Below, piece after piece: positions 1 to 12,382 of a stretch of 64,000 nt of DNA. Made by a program: the position numbers and the translations under genes. The notes beneath the pieces were generated by a model, which was given only the letters and a program-made list of their open reading frames with translations, searched no databases and was not told where the DNA came from. Source of the stretch: Haliotis cracherodii (Eukaryota). The stretch is from positions 44,082,001 through 44,146,000 of the forward strand of contig NW_027266308.1 of assembly GCF_022045235.1 (NCBI RefSeq). Direction: 5' to 3'. How positions within the stretch are numbered: position 1 is the first letter of the stretch; each line of letters begins with the position of its first letter.

Positions 1-367
1 AAGGCGTCTGCACAATGTGCGCCCAGTCCCTACAACTGCCGATGAACTACGCACAGCTGCTCTGGATGTGTGCAGGAGGATCCCTAGGGCCTTCACAAAT
101 CGTCTGATCCACTCAATGTACAGGAGATGTGTGGTAGCGATCAATGCTAAAGGTGGTCACACCAGGTATTGACTGACATTTTGGGTATTGACCCGAAACT
201 GTGTAAACCCTTAACATTTTAAAAAAACAATTATGTCATCTGCCTTTTAATCCATTAAAAGTCAATTTTTTGTCAATCTTGACCTATTAATATTTCTAGT
301 CTTTACTGTTGAAAATAAATAACATGTATACTGCATACTCGACTTGCGTTTCTTTTGCGTGTGAGTA
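1..367 (+). mobile_element. 3' end of a Tc1-family DNA transposon (transposase C-terminus plus right terminus)
   Basis: Nt 2-172 translate RRLHNVRPVPTTADELRTAALDVCRRIPRAFTNRLIHSMYRRCVVAINAKGGHTRY*, the typical Tc1 transposase C-terminus (SM.RRC..VI...GGHT.Y). A TIR-like end cttgcgtttcttttgcgtgtgag is followed by TA. Confidence 0.85.
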
Positions 368-1065
368 TATGTTGTACAATTTAATGAAGTCTGGTTGCAC
401 ATGATTGTAGAACCATTGAAAACATGCGTGAGAAAATAGCGTTTATAGTGACGCGTCTCTGTCATTTTAAGAAGACAAATGAAAATGAAAGTATAACGAA
501 GACGCTGGGTTTCTGATAAATGGGATCCTAGAAGGAACACTGTCGCTTTGTAGCATTGCAGCGTTTCTATCCTTACAAGGAACAAGCAGTTAGTGTCAAA
601 ATTAACCATATTTTCACACATTGTTGTCGCCATTGAATGATATTTTTTTATTTTTACCAAAGGGCGACAATGCGGCATCGCGACATTTTTCAAGGTCAAA
701 CTCATCAAGGTCGCCCCATCTGAAAAGTGTAAGGACACAAACATCTGAATGACCGACAGCACGACATATTGATATTGTGGTGGCCCCTGTCCAGTATCGC
801 TGCGGAAGTGCAGTACCTGAATTAATCAACGCAGCGACAGAAAGGGTTATACACCTTTTCAAGCGCCGTTGGTCTTATTCTAGCTCCAATGATTCTACAA
901 CCAAAGTACCAATGTGAATAAAGGGTGCTTTCTCAAAATAAAAACAAATCTTTCATCGGTTGTTCAGAAGTAATTTAACATATAGTTATAACCATGAAAC
1001 AAACAGTTTGTATCAATTTCAATTTCATTTAATTCCGGTCTCCAACAACTTTTCAAATCAGTGAG

Positions 1066-1226
1066 AGGGCCCAATTGGCCCAATCGTAGGGATGGCGCAA
1101 TTCGCCATGCAGAGTTGCGTCCCCTAGGCGTGCCATGCAACTGTTGTTGTGGGTTCGAATGCCTGCACCATACACATGCAGCTCTTCGGGCTTTCCTCCC
1201 ACACCAAGCAGACGCCGTGAAAAACC
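1066..1226 (+). mobile_element. Old, diverged relative of the tRNA-Leu-like V-domain SINE (family V)
   Basis: Shares tggcccaatcgt, cgcaattcgccatgcagagttgcgtccc, gtgggttcgaat and cttcgggctttcctcccaca with the young copies (e.g. 58007-58274). Confidence 0.65.
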
Positions 1227-1384
1227 GTGAAAAGCAGCTTAAAACTCAACTCCCTTACTTGTGTATAAACACGTGCCCCCGGCGGTCCTTGCAACTGCCG
1301 TATGGGCTGCTGCGCTGAATATTACGTCAGCTTGTTCAGACATGACGGCTGCAATGTTGGTCCACCAAAAGAGTAGAGTTTTCT

Positions 1385-2536
1385 TTAAATCGGAGACTAT
1401 TGTCTATGTTGAATGTAACTTGAAAACTATGATTTAACTTTGAATCGGAGACTGTTGTCTATGTTGAATGTATGTTGAATACTATGATATATACCTTTGA
1501 ATAGGAGCCTGTTGTCTATGTTTAATACTATCATGTACCTTTGATTCGGAGACTATTGTCTATGTTGAATGTATGTTGAATACTATAATTTACCACTGAA
1601 TCGGAGACTGTTCTCTATGTTGAATGTATGTTGAATACTATGATATACCTTTGAGTCGGAGACTATTATGTATGTTGAATGTTTGTTGAATACAAGATAT
1701 ACCTTTGATTCGGAGACTTTTTTCTATGTTGAATGTATGTTGAATGCTATGATATACCTTTGGTTCGGAGACTATTTTCTATGTTAAATGTATGCTGAAT
1801 ACTATGATATACCATTGAATCGGAGATTGTTGTCTGTGTTGAATGTATGTTGAAATCTATGATGTACCTTTGAATCGGAGACTATTGTCTATGTTGAATG
1901 CATGTTGAATACTATTATATACCTTTGAGTCCGAGACTATTATCTATGTTGAATGGTTCTTGAATACAAGATATATACCTTTGATTCGGTGACTTTTGTC
2001 TATGTCGAATGTATATTAAATACTATGATATACCTTTGATTCGGAAACTATTGTCTATGTTGAATGCTATGATACACCTTTGATTCGGAGACTATTATCT
2101 ATGTTGAATGTTTGTTGAATACAAAATATATCTTTGATTTGGAGACTATTGTCTATGTTGAATGTATGTTGAATACTATGATATACCTTTTAATCGGAGA
2201 CTTTTTTCTATGTTGGATGTATGTTGAATACTATGATACACCTTTGATTCGGAGACTATTATCTATGTTGAATGTTTGTTGAATACAAAATATATCTTTG
2301 ATTTGGAGACTATTGTCTATGTTGAATGTATGTTGAATACTATCATATACCTTTGAAACGGAGACTATTTTCTATGTTGAATGTATGTTGAATACTGTGA
2401 TATAGCTTTGAATCGGAGACTATTGTCTATGTTGAATGCATGTTGATTGCTATGATATACCTTTGAATAGGAGACTATTGTTTATGTTGAATGTATGTTG
2501 AATACTATGATATACCTTTGAATCGGAGTTTATTGT
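1385..2536. repeat. 55-bp tandem satellite, about 21 units
   Basis: Consensus atcggagactattgtctatgttgaatgtatgttgaatactatgatatacctttga. Unit starts at 2412 and 2467 give the period; internal tatgttgaat subrepeat. Confidence 0.95.
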
Positions 2537-2539
2537 AGA

Positions 2540-3033
2540 AGATCAGATTTAAAGAAAGCAACCCCATCCCATCACTGCAAAGAAATTATACTCTATCTAA
2601 TATGAATAATGCAAATAATCTCTTGTCTCAACTGTCAAAACTTCTTGGAAAGGATGAACGTATATCACGTATAGCGATGTTATCCTTTCGAAAAGTTCTT
2701 CTTCTGAGGCAAGATTGACAAAATCACGGCTGGTCTAGAGATCGCCGCAAACCTGTGAAGCATGAGATACACGTGTTGAGGATGTGTATTCTAAAGGTGT
2801 CAATGGAGTAGAGCTGGATTTGAGACGGGGTCTGAGGATCTAGTCCTTTTTGAATGAATCAAAGCCAACTGCTAATATACTTGAACCGAATCCAACCAAA
2901 CTGAATCTGCACTTTCGTCATGTTCTTAGTCCTGTCATAACAAATATCGTCAAAATATGTTTTCAGGCTGGCCGTGTACCAAAAGTGTTAAAAAAACCTG
3001 GTTAAGCCTCTCACTAAGAAGACAGTCCTTGAC
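2540..3033 (+). mobile_element. Degraded L2/CR1-group LINE ORF2 fragment
   Basis: 2844-3033 reads SFLNESKPTANILEPNPTKLNLHFRHVLSPVITNIVKICFQAGRVPKVLKK/(frameshift)LVKPLTKKTVLD, resembling the pre-RT region of L2-type ORF2 (K.T...DP.PT.L......L.P.IT.IVN....G..P..LK.A.V.PL.KK..LD). The left boundary is approximate. Confidence 0.7.
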
Positions 3034-3034
3034 A

Positions 3035-3314
3035 TGAGTGAGTGAGTGAGTTTGGTTTAACGCCGCTTTTAACAGTATTCCAGTTATATTGCGGCGTGTC
3101 AGCTTAATGTGGGAGGAAAGCCCGAAGTGATGCAGGTCTCAGACGTTTACCATCTCGGTGAAACCCACGACCACGAGTATGGTGCTGACAAACCTAGAAA
3201 CATAATCGGGACGAACCGGGATTCGAACCCACAATCATAGGTTTCTGGCGTGCCCAAGGGACGCAACTCTGCACAGCGAATCGCGGCGCCTTAGACGTCT
3301 GGGCCACCCGTGCC
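3035..3314 (-). mobile_element. SINE family V (tRNA-Leu-like head, V-like domain, (ACTC)n tail), near full length
   Basis: Reverse complement of the copy at 58007-58274; (GAGT)n tail at the left end. Confidence 0.9.
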
Positions 3315-3348
3315 GTGGTCATCACCCACTGCTTGTTTTTTAATCTGA

Positions 3349-3693
3349 GACCGCCTCCGTGGTCTAGTGGTAGAGCGTCCGCCCGGAGAGCGGGAGGTCC
3401 GGGGTTCGATCCCCGGCCGCGTCATACCAAAAGACGTTAAAAGATTGTACTTGTTGTTACCCTGTCTTGCGCTCGGCATTAAGAGGCTAAACAAGGACTG
3501 GTCGGCTCGGAGTCAGTATACTGTGTCTGAGTGTTAAACTGCGGCATGGTATCTCAGTGAGCTAGCACTATAAATCGGCATCAGTCCGGATCAGCACAAG
3601 CAGCCACACAAACACACACATGTACATGCACGTCGCTATATAAGTGCAATAATCTTGGACGCGACGTTAAACCCCATTTCACCTCACCTCACC
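3349..3693 (+). mobile_element. SINE family M (tRNA head plus Meta/Deu-like central body), full length
   Basis: A box (tggtctagtgg) and B box (ggttcgatcc). Body gtcataccaaaagacg...gactggtcggctcggagtcag...tcagtgagctagcactata resembles molluscan Meta/Deu-domain SINEs. (CACCT)n tail; TSD ttttaatctga (3338-3348) / ttttattctga (3694-3704). Confidence 0.85.
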
Positions 3694-4889
3694 TTTTATT
3701 CTGACTAAAATGGGAATCGGCAGGTCCAGATGAACGTGGTCTGGTGCTCATTCTTTCAACCATTGGCTACACGGATTCACTCATTCAGTAAATAACAAAT
3801 CCCCGTGTGATGAGTCTTAACACATCCATATTTAATAAAGTACCATTAGGGATATGTTATTAAGGACGGTAAAACATAAAGACTACTGTACACGAACCGC
3901 TCAATGGTGCAGAGCACGTTTTTCTTGCTGACAGGAAACCATAGACATCAACGGTCACCGAATGTGTGTTATGACAACGGCGCTGGGTCAGCGTGGCAAT
4001 GAGGTTTGTTTATGGGTTTACGCATGTTCAACACATATTTACTGGACTGGACTGCCCAAGGTCAAAGTCAGAAGCTTCTTGGAATCGTCAGAAGTGTGAC
4101 AAATATAACAAATGACTGTGCTATTATAGTCAGTTACCGAAACTGATCTCTTAGGCTTTCCTATTAAGACATTTCTCTCTTTCGTCGACACTGATGACAT
4201 GGCTTATTTTTAACGATCTATTCATAGATTTTCCCCCACTTTTTGCCCTTTACGCCCAGTTGAATCTGTTTCGACAGATATTCGAGATATATTCTCTGGT
4301 GTTTAAATCTTCTGAACGATGTAAAGGTTTGTCGTTAAAGGGGGACTGTGCTCAACTATATGGTGCCCATGACCCGACGTCAAGACGTTCTCATTAGTGT
4401 GAGGCATTGCAAGTGTAAGTTGCATCAATATTAACTGATTCGCTGTTTTATACCATAACAGTTTAGACAGTAGACACATAATGTGGGTGTGATGACTTTA
4501 ATTCAATTCGTCTGATGACTGGCACGGAACCAGTTTATGTCCTCCCTTACGCACCGTTTCAGTAGCTCACCTTGCTTAGTTGCAGGTCTATGGAACTTTG
4601 AATATCCATGCTGCTTGTAATTCCAGGCAAAAGAAAGTATACATCCTTGTTTGAGGGTGGCTAAGAATAAAGAAATGGTTTTTCGATGGTGATGTATTTG
4701 AACCGGGTGTCACAGCTGTGTTTTGGACCTTACCGAATGTCTCCAGCCTAGTAACGTTTTGATAACGTTTGTAAGTTTCTGGTGAAATCCAATTTTCAAG
4801 TGTGTACTTACTTTTGACGAGCAGATTAGTAAGAGAATAACCAACGAGGTCGGACGAATTACAGATTATATGTCCCAAGTGAATAGATA

Positions 4890-5007
4890 GTGTAAGAGAC
4901 AGGTTAACAACAAGTACCAGGTGTTTAGGTATGACGCGGTCGGGGTTCGAACCCCGGACATTCCGCTCTCCGGGTGGACGCTTTACCACCAGACCATGGA
5001 AGCGGTC
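4890..5007 (-). mobile_element. SINE family M, 5' part
   Basis: Reverse complement matches the head of 3349-3470; abuts the mariner remnant. Confidence 0.8.
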
Positions 5008-5927
5008 TATGGAGAGTGTGGAAGCTCATCGAATCCACATTGTCGCACAGGAGCCGAAGCAGCCATTGCAAGTCGAGAGGTGTGAGATGAGGCATTGTCA
5101 TGAAATAGTAGAACTCCAGCAGTCAGCATTCCTCGCCTCTTTATTTTGATAGAATCTCTCAGGCAAATCAGCATAGTAGGCACAGGTAATCGTCTTTTGA
5201 CTTTCTAAGTAATCAAGAAGGATCACACCATTTGCATCCCAGAATACAGTGGCCATAACTTTCTTCACTGATCTTGAAGACTTGAATTTCTTTGGTGCCG
5301 TTTTGACTCGGGATCATAGTGGTAAACCCATGTTTCATCACCCGTTACTAATTTCTTTTTGAATTTGACGAAATGATCCTCAATTAGCTCTAAATTGTCT
5401 CTGACAATGTCAGTTCTTTTTTGGCACCAAACGAGCAGGTACCTTATTCATCTGTAAATGTTCGTGACTAAAAGTTTCAATGGATCCATTGCTTAGACCT
5501 GTGTCTTCCTCAAGTTCAGTAAAGGTAATACGTCTATCTGACAGTATAGGGTTTTCTGTCTCCTTGATTAAATCTTCATTGGTGGAAGTTGATGGACGTC
5601 CAGACCTAGGGTCATCATCAAGGCTTGTTCTCCCAGCCTTAAACAGAGCTGACAAGTGGTTAACAGTGGAATAGGAAGGTCACTTATCCCTATACACCTG
5701 TGACATGCGGTCACGAATTTCTTGGGGAGTATTTTTCTCTAAAGTTAAACACTCGGTACTCGTTCTTTTCCATTCCCGTGTCCATTTGGACCCCTATCAC
5801 GTTCAACTGGCTGTCACTAATATACAAACGGCATCAACAGACCAAATACATTTACAATGAACTACTCAAACAATGTACAACATTGACTAGTTAGTCAGGC
5901 TTAGAATTTTTTTTACCAGCCCTCGTA
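5008..5927 (-). mobile_element. Degraded mariner-type DNA transposon (transposase pseudogene plus 5' terminus)
   Basis: Minus strand from ATG 5773 (MEKNEYR) gives broken frames with FKAGRTSLDDDPRSGRPSTS, ILSDRRIT, VTGDETWVYHYDPESK, KVMATVFWDANGVILLDYL and FHDNASSHTS. Terminus TA-cgagggctgg at 5927. Confidence 0.9.
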
Positions 5928-7214
5928 TAGGACTTTAGAACGTTTTCAATTAACCTGTCTGTCACAAAACGTAAACATTAGAAACATGTATCATGAACTA
6001 TTCTGATTTCACGAAATCAGGTGACAGCTGACTTTACCAATTTATTTAATACACAGTACCATCCACTTGGAAAAAACCGGGTTATTGACTGTACATCCGG
6101 TTTGGGAGCACACGTCCACAAGGCAACTCTAAAACAGAAAGTCCTATGCATTGATCTACTTTAATAATAAAGTATAGGTCAACCGGACGAGTGTTATTAC
6201 TTCCCGTTGGGGACATTCCATGATGTGAGCAGTCTTCCATTAAAAGATAATGCCTCACGAAACGGGCTACATTAATAAAAACGTTATATGCACTTCCGGT
6301 TTAATGGCATCACGGTTGAATAACACATTTTCAAAAATGAAAGCATGATATTTTTTTTTGCTCGTACAAACATAGCATAGACACAAACAAGCAATACTAC
6401 TTTACGAATGGCAATTCCAGTGTCTTAGGCCTTCAATGAAGATCGCTTAAAACATTATTACTCCAATGCCTCACCATAAGGATGCTTTTGAAGGGAACGA
6501 GAAGGCCGACTGTAGTTCAACGTTGTTTATCGCTTGTACTCAAACATATGATTGACCTTGACAATTCTATCACCCTCGCAACGAACCGTTCTAAACCGCG
6601 ACACCCCATACACACAATACCATACATTCATAACATTCTAAAACCAGCAAACGATTCCAAACACGCGCCATCTTGGTTACATCATGAGTAGCCAAGCTTT
6701 GGAGTTTCATTAGAGTGCCGAATTTCAATTTTCATGATTAAAAGAAAGGTTAGGAACTTATGAACTTAGTAACTACCCCAGTAAGTATCTCTGTGACAGC
6801 GCGTCGTAATTAATTTACAATAAGGTCATGACGTCAAAATGGCTGACACGACAAACGCGACGGGAGGCATTGCCAAAGTTGCTATTCAACCTATGGCGAT
6901 TTCAAGTGTTGGTCATCATTGATAAGTTGGCCGATCATTCAAAGGTTATTATAAAGATGGGTCAAAAAGATACTAAGGTAAATTCATAGATTGCTGTAGG
7001 CTTTCAGTGTCAGTCTTAACAGGATCGAAACGATAGTTTGGATGTGTATTTCTTCGTTTTGTTGACTAGGACGCGTCGTAGTGATGACATTCGTGAAGGG
7101 ACATAAAGGCATACTCTCTGCCTTATCTACCGTATGCTGAAATGCTGATTTCAAGATTAAAGTGTTTAAATTATGAGAAACAACGATTCTTTATTCATTC
7201 GTGCTTGAGAATTC

Positions 7215-7718
7215 CCAGGGGTTCCCAGCAATATGGAAGTAGTCCTCATATTGCTCGGCTTGTTCAGGATTCTCTTCAACAAAACAACGTGAATGTCATC
7301 CCCTGGGCGGCTCGCTCCCCCGATTTCTCACCAATCGAGCACATGTGGGATGAGATGGATCGGCGCCTTCAACGTCAACCACGTGTTCCACAGACACTCC
7401 AGGAACTTTGAAACATGCTCCAGCAGATATGGACAGATATCCCACAGGACTTTGTGCGACTCCTGGTCCATTTCATGAGAAGATGTGTTGCTTGCATCGC
7501 AACCACAGGTGGACACACGCTATTGATGTGTAAATTGACATTTTGGCATGTTCATGTTTTTTTTTTAGGAAATCACAAGTCAGTATGGCAAATTTAACCT
7601 TTTGAACACTTACAAGAGTCTTTTATCTGTTTCAAACCGAAATTGTTTCAGATTTGGTTAAAGACATAACTTTGCATAAAATCTGATTCAATGTCACAGG
7701 ATCTTTTGTTGTTCAGTA
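7215..7718 (+). mobile_element. 3' part of a second Tc1-family transposon
   Basis: PHIARLVQDSLQQNNVNVIPWAARSPDFSPIEHMWDEMDRRL (WP..SPDL.PIE.W motif), then an internal stop and ...MRRCVACIATTGGHT. TIR-like end ...cttttgttgttcag-TA. Confidence 0.88.
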
Positions 7719-8195
7719 TATTATTATCATTTAATTATTTAACGACGCGTTAGTAAACGAAATATGTTTTTTTTCGTACCATGATTAAGTACACTGCTAT
7801 CATCCAACTGTGATATTTTCCCATTGATCAACAACTAACCGTAGGCGAACTCCATTTGAATTTTGATATTTGAAAACCCAAGACCATGACATGCATTATT
7901 GTTCCTCGAAATAACACTAACGTCTTGTATATCGCTTCCTTGACAACCAGCTCACGTGTGTGTGTGACGTCAAACGACAGGCGACATTCAAACATATACA
8001 CGTTTGCAATTTCACATTCGGTTTCCGTGTACAAATGAGATGAATTCGATGCAACTGTTAGCAATATTCTGGCAACATCACACCAGGGGACCCCGGAGGC
8101 CATATGGTGAATCTCAGCCGAAAATTTGTTCGCGGAATCCGTGGTGGTTGATTTGGGTGGTTACAATGTGTTCTTGATAATCTATCATGTTTGCA

Positions 8196-10936
8196 TAACA
8201 TTGTTCTGTCGCTTTATATAGGTAACATTGTTCTGTCGCTTCATGTAGGTAACATTGTTCTGTCGCTTCATGTAGGTAACATTGTTCTGTCGCTTAAAAT
8301 CGAATGATGTTTATTCTCGTAAATCACGGCAGTGATACAGAGATGTAATTGGACACAGGAAGTAGATACAATGAAGAAAACATGTCAGTGGAACATTTCC
8401 ATACATGATCTTATATAACTCGCCAGTTTTAATAGAGTTGGCTTATAAGTAATGGACATCAAATGAGAGAATTTTACGGCAGAAGGATACATACAGTAGT
8501 ATTGAGGCAAAAACTTGTTTCTAATTTCTGAGAGTTTTGGACATTCTAATAAAAAGTGCATTTCATCACATATAATTTTTTTACTTTTTACACAATGTAC
8601 ATTTTCTTTCCTCTCTCACAATATTATACCATCTTCCTGTTTCAATGGGTAATCTATGATTTGCTGTTCTAAAACGAGCAAGAGAGATGCGTAAGGTGAT
8701 TGGTAGTTCTAGTAAATAAGGTTCTAGAGATTTTAACTCTTTAAACATGTTATAACAGTAACCTTTAGATGGATTTTTATTTGATTCTCGCCATCTTTGC
8801 AGAAAATTATCAATGAGAACATGTTTCACATTTTGTTTCAACCATGCGGCACTAATAAAGGTTTGAGACAGCCAAATGTAATTAAAGCCTATATTTTGAA
8901 GAATGCATTTTACTTCTTTTGATAGTGGGAAATGGTAATCTGGATTTGCATTGGACATTTGAAACATAAGTTTATATACTATACTAGAAAGGTAACATGT
9001 AGGTAACATTGTTCTGCCGCTTCATGTAGGTAACATTGTTCTGTAGCTTCGTGTAGGTAACATTGTTCTGTTGTTTCATGTAGGTAACATTAACCTGTAG
9101 ATACATGTAGGTAACATTCTTATGTCGCTTCATATGGGTAACGTTGTTCTGTAGCTATATGTAGGTAACATTGTTCTATAGCTTCATATAGGTAACATTG
9201 TTCTGAAGCTTCGTGTAGGTAACATTAATCTGTGGCTTCATGTAGGTAACATTCTTCTGTCGCTTCATGTCGGTTAAATTGTTCTGTAGCTATATGTAGA
9301 TAACATTGTTCTGTAGCTTCATATAGGTAACATTGTTCTGTAGCTATATGTAGGTAACACTGTTCTGTCGCTTCATGTAGGTAACATTGTTCTGTAGCTA
9401 TATGTAGGTAACATTGTTCTGTCGCTTCATGAAGATAACATTGTTCTGTCGCTTCCTGTACTGAATATTGTACTGTCGCTTCATGTAGGTAACATTATTC
9501 TGTCGCTTCATGTAGGTAACATTATTCTGTCGCTTCATGTTCGTAACATTGTTCTGTCGCTTCCTGTAGGTAACAATGTTCTGTCGCTTCATATAGGTAA
9601 CATGTTTCTGTAGTTATATGTAGGTAACACTGTTCTACAGCTTCATGGAGGTAACATTGTTCTGTCGCTTCATGTAGGTAACATTGTTCTGTAGATTCAT
9701 GTAGGTAACATTGTTCTGTAGCTTCATATAGGTAAAATCGTTCTGTAGATTCATGTAGGTAACATTGTTCTGTCGATTCATATTGGTAACAATGTTCTGT
9801 AGATTCATGTAGGTAACATTGTTCTGTCGCTTCATATTGGTAACAATGTTCTGTAGATTCATGTAGGTAACATTGTTCTGTCGCTTCATATAGATAACAA
9901 TGTTCTGTAGCTATATGTAGGTAACATTGTTCTGTCGCTTCATGTAGGTAACATTGTTCTGTCGCTTCATGTAGGTAACATTGTTCTGTCGCTTCATATA
10001 GGTAACATTGTTCTGTCGCTTCATATAGGTAACATTGTTCTGTCGCTTCATGTAGGTAACATGGTTCTGTCGCTTCATGTAGGTAACATTGTTCTGTAGC
10101 TATATGTAGGTAACACCGTTCTGAAGTTTCATGTAGGTAACATTGTTCTGAAGTTTCATGAAGGTAACATTGTTCTGTCGCTCCATGTAGGTAACATTGT
10201 TCTGTAGGTATATGTAGGTAACACTGTTCTCTCGCTTCATGTAGGTAACATTGTTCTGTAGCCTCATGTAGGTAACATTGTTCTGTCGCTTCATATTGGT
10301 AACATTTTTCTGTCGCTTCATATAGGTAACATTGTTCTGTCGCTTCATATAGGTAACATTGTTCTGTCGCTTCATGTAGGTAACATGGTTCTGTCGCTTC
10401 ATGTAGGTAACATTGTTCTGTAGCTATATGTAGGTAACACCGTTCTGTAGTTTCATGTAGGTAACATTGTTCTGAAGTTTCATGTAGGTAACATTGTTCT
10501 GTCGCTTCATATAGGTAACATTGTTCTGTCGCTTCATGAAGGTAACATTGTTCTGTCGCTTCGTGTAGGTAAAACTGTTCAATAGCTACATATAGGTAAC
10601 ATTGTTCTGTCGCTTCATGTAGGTAACATTATTCTGTCGCTTCATGTAGGTAACATTGTTCTCTCGCTTCATATAGGTAACATTGTTCTGTCGCTTCATA
10701 TAGGTAACATGGTTCTGTCGCTTCATGTAGGTAACATTGTTCTGTAGCTATATGTAGGTAACACCGTTCTGAAGTTTCATGTAGGTAACATTGTTCTGAA
10801 GTTTCATGTAGGTAACATTGTTCTGTGGCTACATGTAGGTAACATTGTTCTGTGGCTACATGTAGGTAACATTGTTCTCTCGCTTCATGTAGGTAACACT
10901 GTTCTGTAGCAACATGTAGGTAACATTGTTCTGTTC
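8196..10936. repeat. 27-bp tandem satellite (about 75 units) interrupted by a LINE fragment
   Basis: Consensus gtaggtaacattgttctgtcgcttcat, with variant units ending tagctatat. Confidence 0.96.
8296..8995 (-). mobile_element. 5'-truncated non-LTR retrotransposon (RTEX-like) 3' end
   Basis: Minus strand reads ...RISLARFRTANHRLPIETGRWYNIVREERKCTLC/(frameshift in A-run)IICDEMHFLLECPKLSEIRNKFLP...MEMFH*, a CCHC knuckle of the ORF2 C-terminus. Short 3' UTR with a hairpin and AATAAA. The clade call comes from motif recall. Confidence 0.85.
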
Positions 10937-12014
10937 TGTTCACTCACTCATGTTGGAAAGGCAACATATTTGTGATCTGTTCATGGTTACATCTAAATCT
11001 AAAAAGATAATTCCTGCATGCAAGATGTACAGTTAATCAAGTGCACGCGTTTGATCAAGACGTAACATCGTTAAAACCACCAACGTTTGGCCAAGTATAA
11101 GCTCACCATGTAATGACGTCTTGCCATCACCTAGATTAAGCGAAGCCTTCAACATATCAACATACATTTTCTTTATAGATTTGAATTTATTTTGGAATAT
11201 GCTAATTCTAAGCTTACATTGAAGGGTACTGTTTTCTTTTTATCCTCTTTTCAAATACATGCACCATATTCAGCATTCTTCACAGAAAAAAAACCCAACA
11301 ACCTTAATTTGCAGTATCAACTTTGGCTAAGGTCATGCTATAACTTGCTTCAACCATAAAACGACTTCTTCTTCACCTGACAGCATTAACTAGGCCGTGT
11401 GAGTGGCCGAGCACTACTCGCCAACTCACATGCACGCCTACACGTGCTGTAATGGCTGAAAGTTGACCTCCCATGACAACCATCATTGTTCTACTATTGA
11501 TTTGCGATATTTTCGACGGAAGCGCTCATAAAATGATAAAATCGATACCAAATGACAATACTGTACTTGCAGCAGCTGAATCTCAGCTTGATATTCAAAT
11601 GTGTCTAGGAGTACCTCACAGAAAAGCGATGAGTATTTTAAGCCTTGATCTTCAGCACAGTCCTTGGCTTGTCATCATGTGTGGCAGCGCCTTACTGCGA
11701 CACGTGCTGTGAGCTTAAACGCTACAAGAATATTCATTTTGGGGGTGAGTGACACTGGTATGTCTCATAATACTGTAGGAGAACAGTGGTAAGGGTCTGA
11801 GAGCAATCTGTATGGAGAGCACAAATTGGAGGAGGGATATTAATGCTGGTTAGGGACCGACGAGTTGATCATTCAGGGAATGATCAAGGCGTCCCAGAAT
11901 ATGATTGAAAAAAAAAATACGCTCTGGACTGTTGAGTAAATAGAAACAGTACATATACATTATTGCAAGTCTCCTGTTCAAATGTAAGCCTATTTGGAGC
12001 GAATGGCTGGATTC

Positions 12015-12017
<3 letters not shown>

Positions 12018-12078
<61 letters not shown>
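12018..12078. repeat. (GA)n microsatellite
   Basis: About 30 perfect GA units. Confidence 0.98.
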
Positions 12079-12081
<3 letters not shown>

Positions 12082-12087
12082 TCACAT

Positions 12088-12217
12088 TTGGTTGTTGTTT
12101 AAAGCCGTACTCAGGACGTACTCAGTAATATTCCAGCTTTATGACAGCGGTCTGTGATAAGTTGGCTCTAGACCAAACAAACCAGTGATTAACATCCTGA
12201 GCATCGGTCTACGCAAT
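12088..12217 (-). mobile_element. SINE family X (non-tRNA head), 3' half
   Basis: Reverse complement of 12246-12363; (AAC)-rich tail at the left end. Confidence 0.75.
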
Positions 12218-12245
12218 CTTACGCCGTAATATTGTCAAACCTGAA

Positions 12246-12363
12246 ATTGCGTAGATCGATGCTTATGATGTATACAACTGGATTGTCTGGTCGAGACTCC
12301 ATTATTTACAGACTGTCGTATTATAGCTGGAATATTGAGTGTGGCGTTAAACAACAAACAAAC
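12246..12363 (+). mobile_element. SINE family X, 3' half
   Basis: attgcgtagatcgatgc...actggattgtctggtc.agactc.attatttacagac...tagctggaatattgagtgtggcgttaaacaacaaac; also seen at 54545-54780, 56715-56850 and 58594-58825. Confidence 0.8.
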
Positions 12364-12382
12364 ACTCATTCAGATACGCACG

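Noticed and set aside
262-862. 166-aa and 82-aa minus-strand ORFs
   Set aside because: They overlap the Tc1 terminus and flank, with no domain signal.
3349-3420. tRNA-like sequences (also heads of families D and V)
   Set aside because: They continue into SINE bodies and tails with TSDs, so they are not tRNA genes.
9398-10943. Repetitive ORFs (MKRQNNVTY)n and (ATEQCYLHE)n
   Set aside because: The 27-bp unit is a multiple of 3; frames are broken by frequent stops and there is no unique N- or C-terminus.
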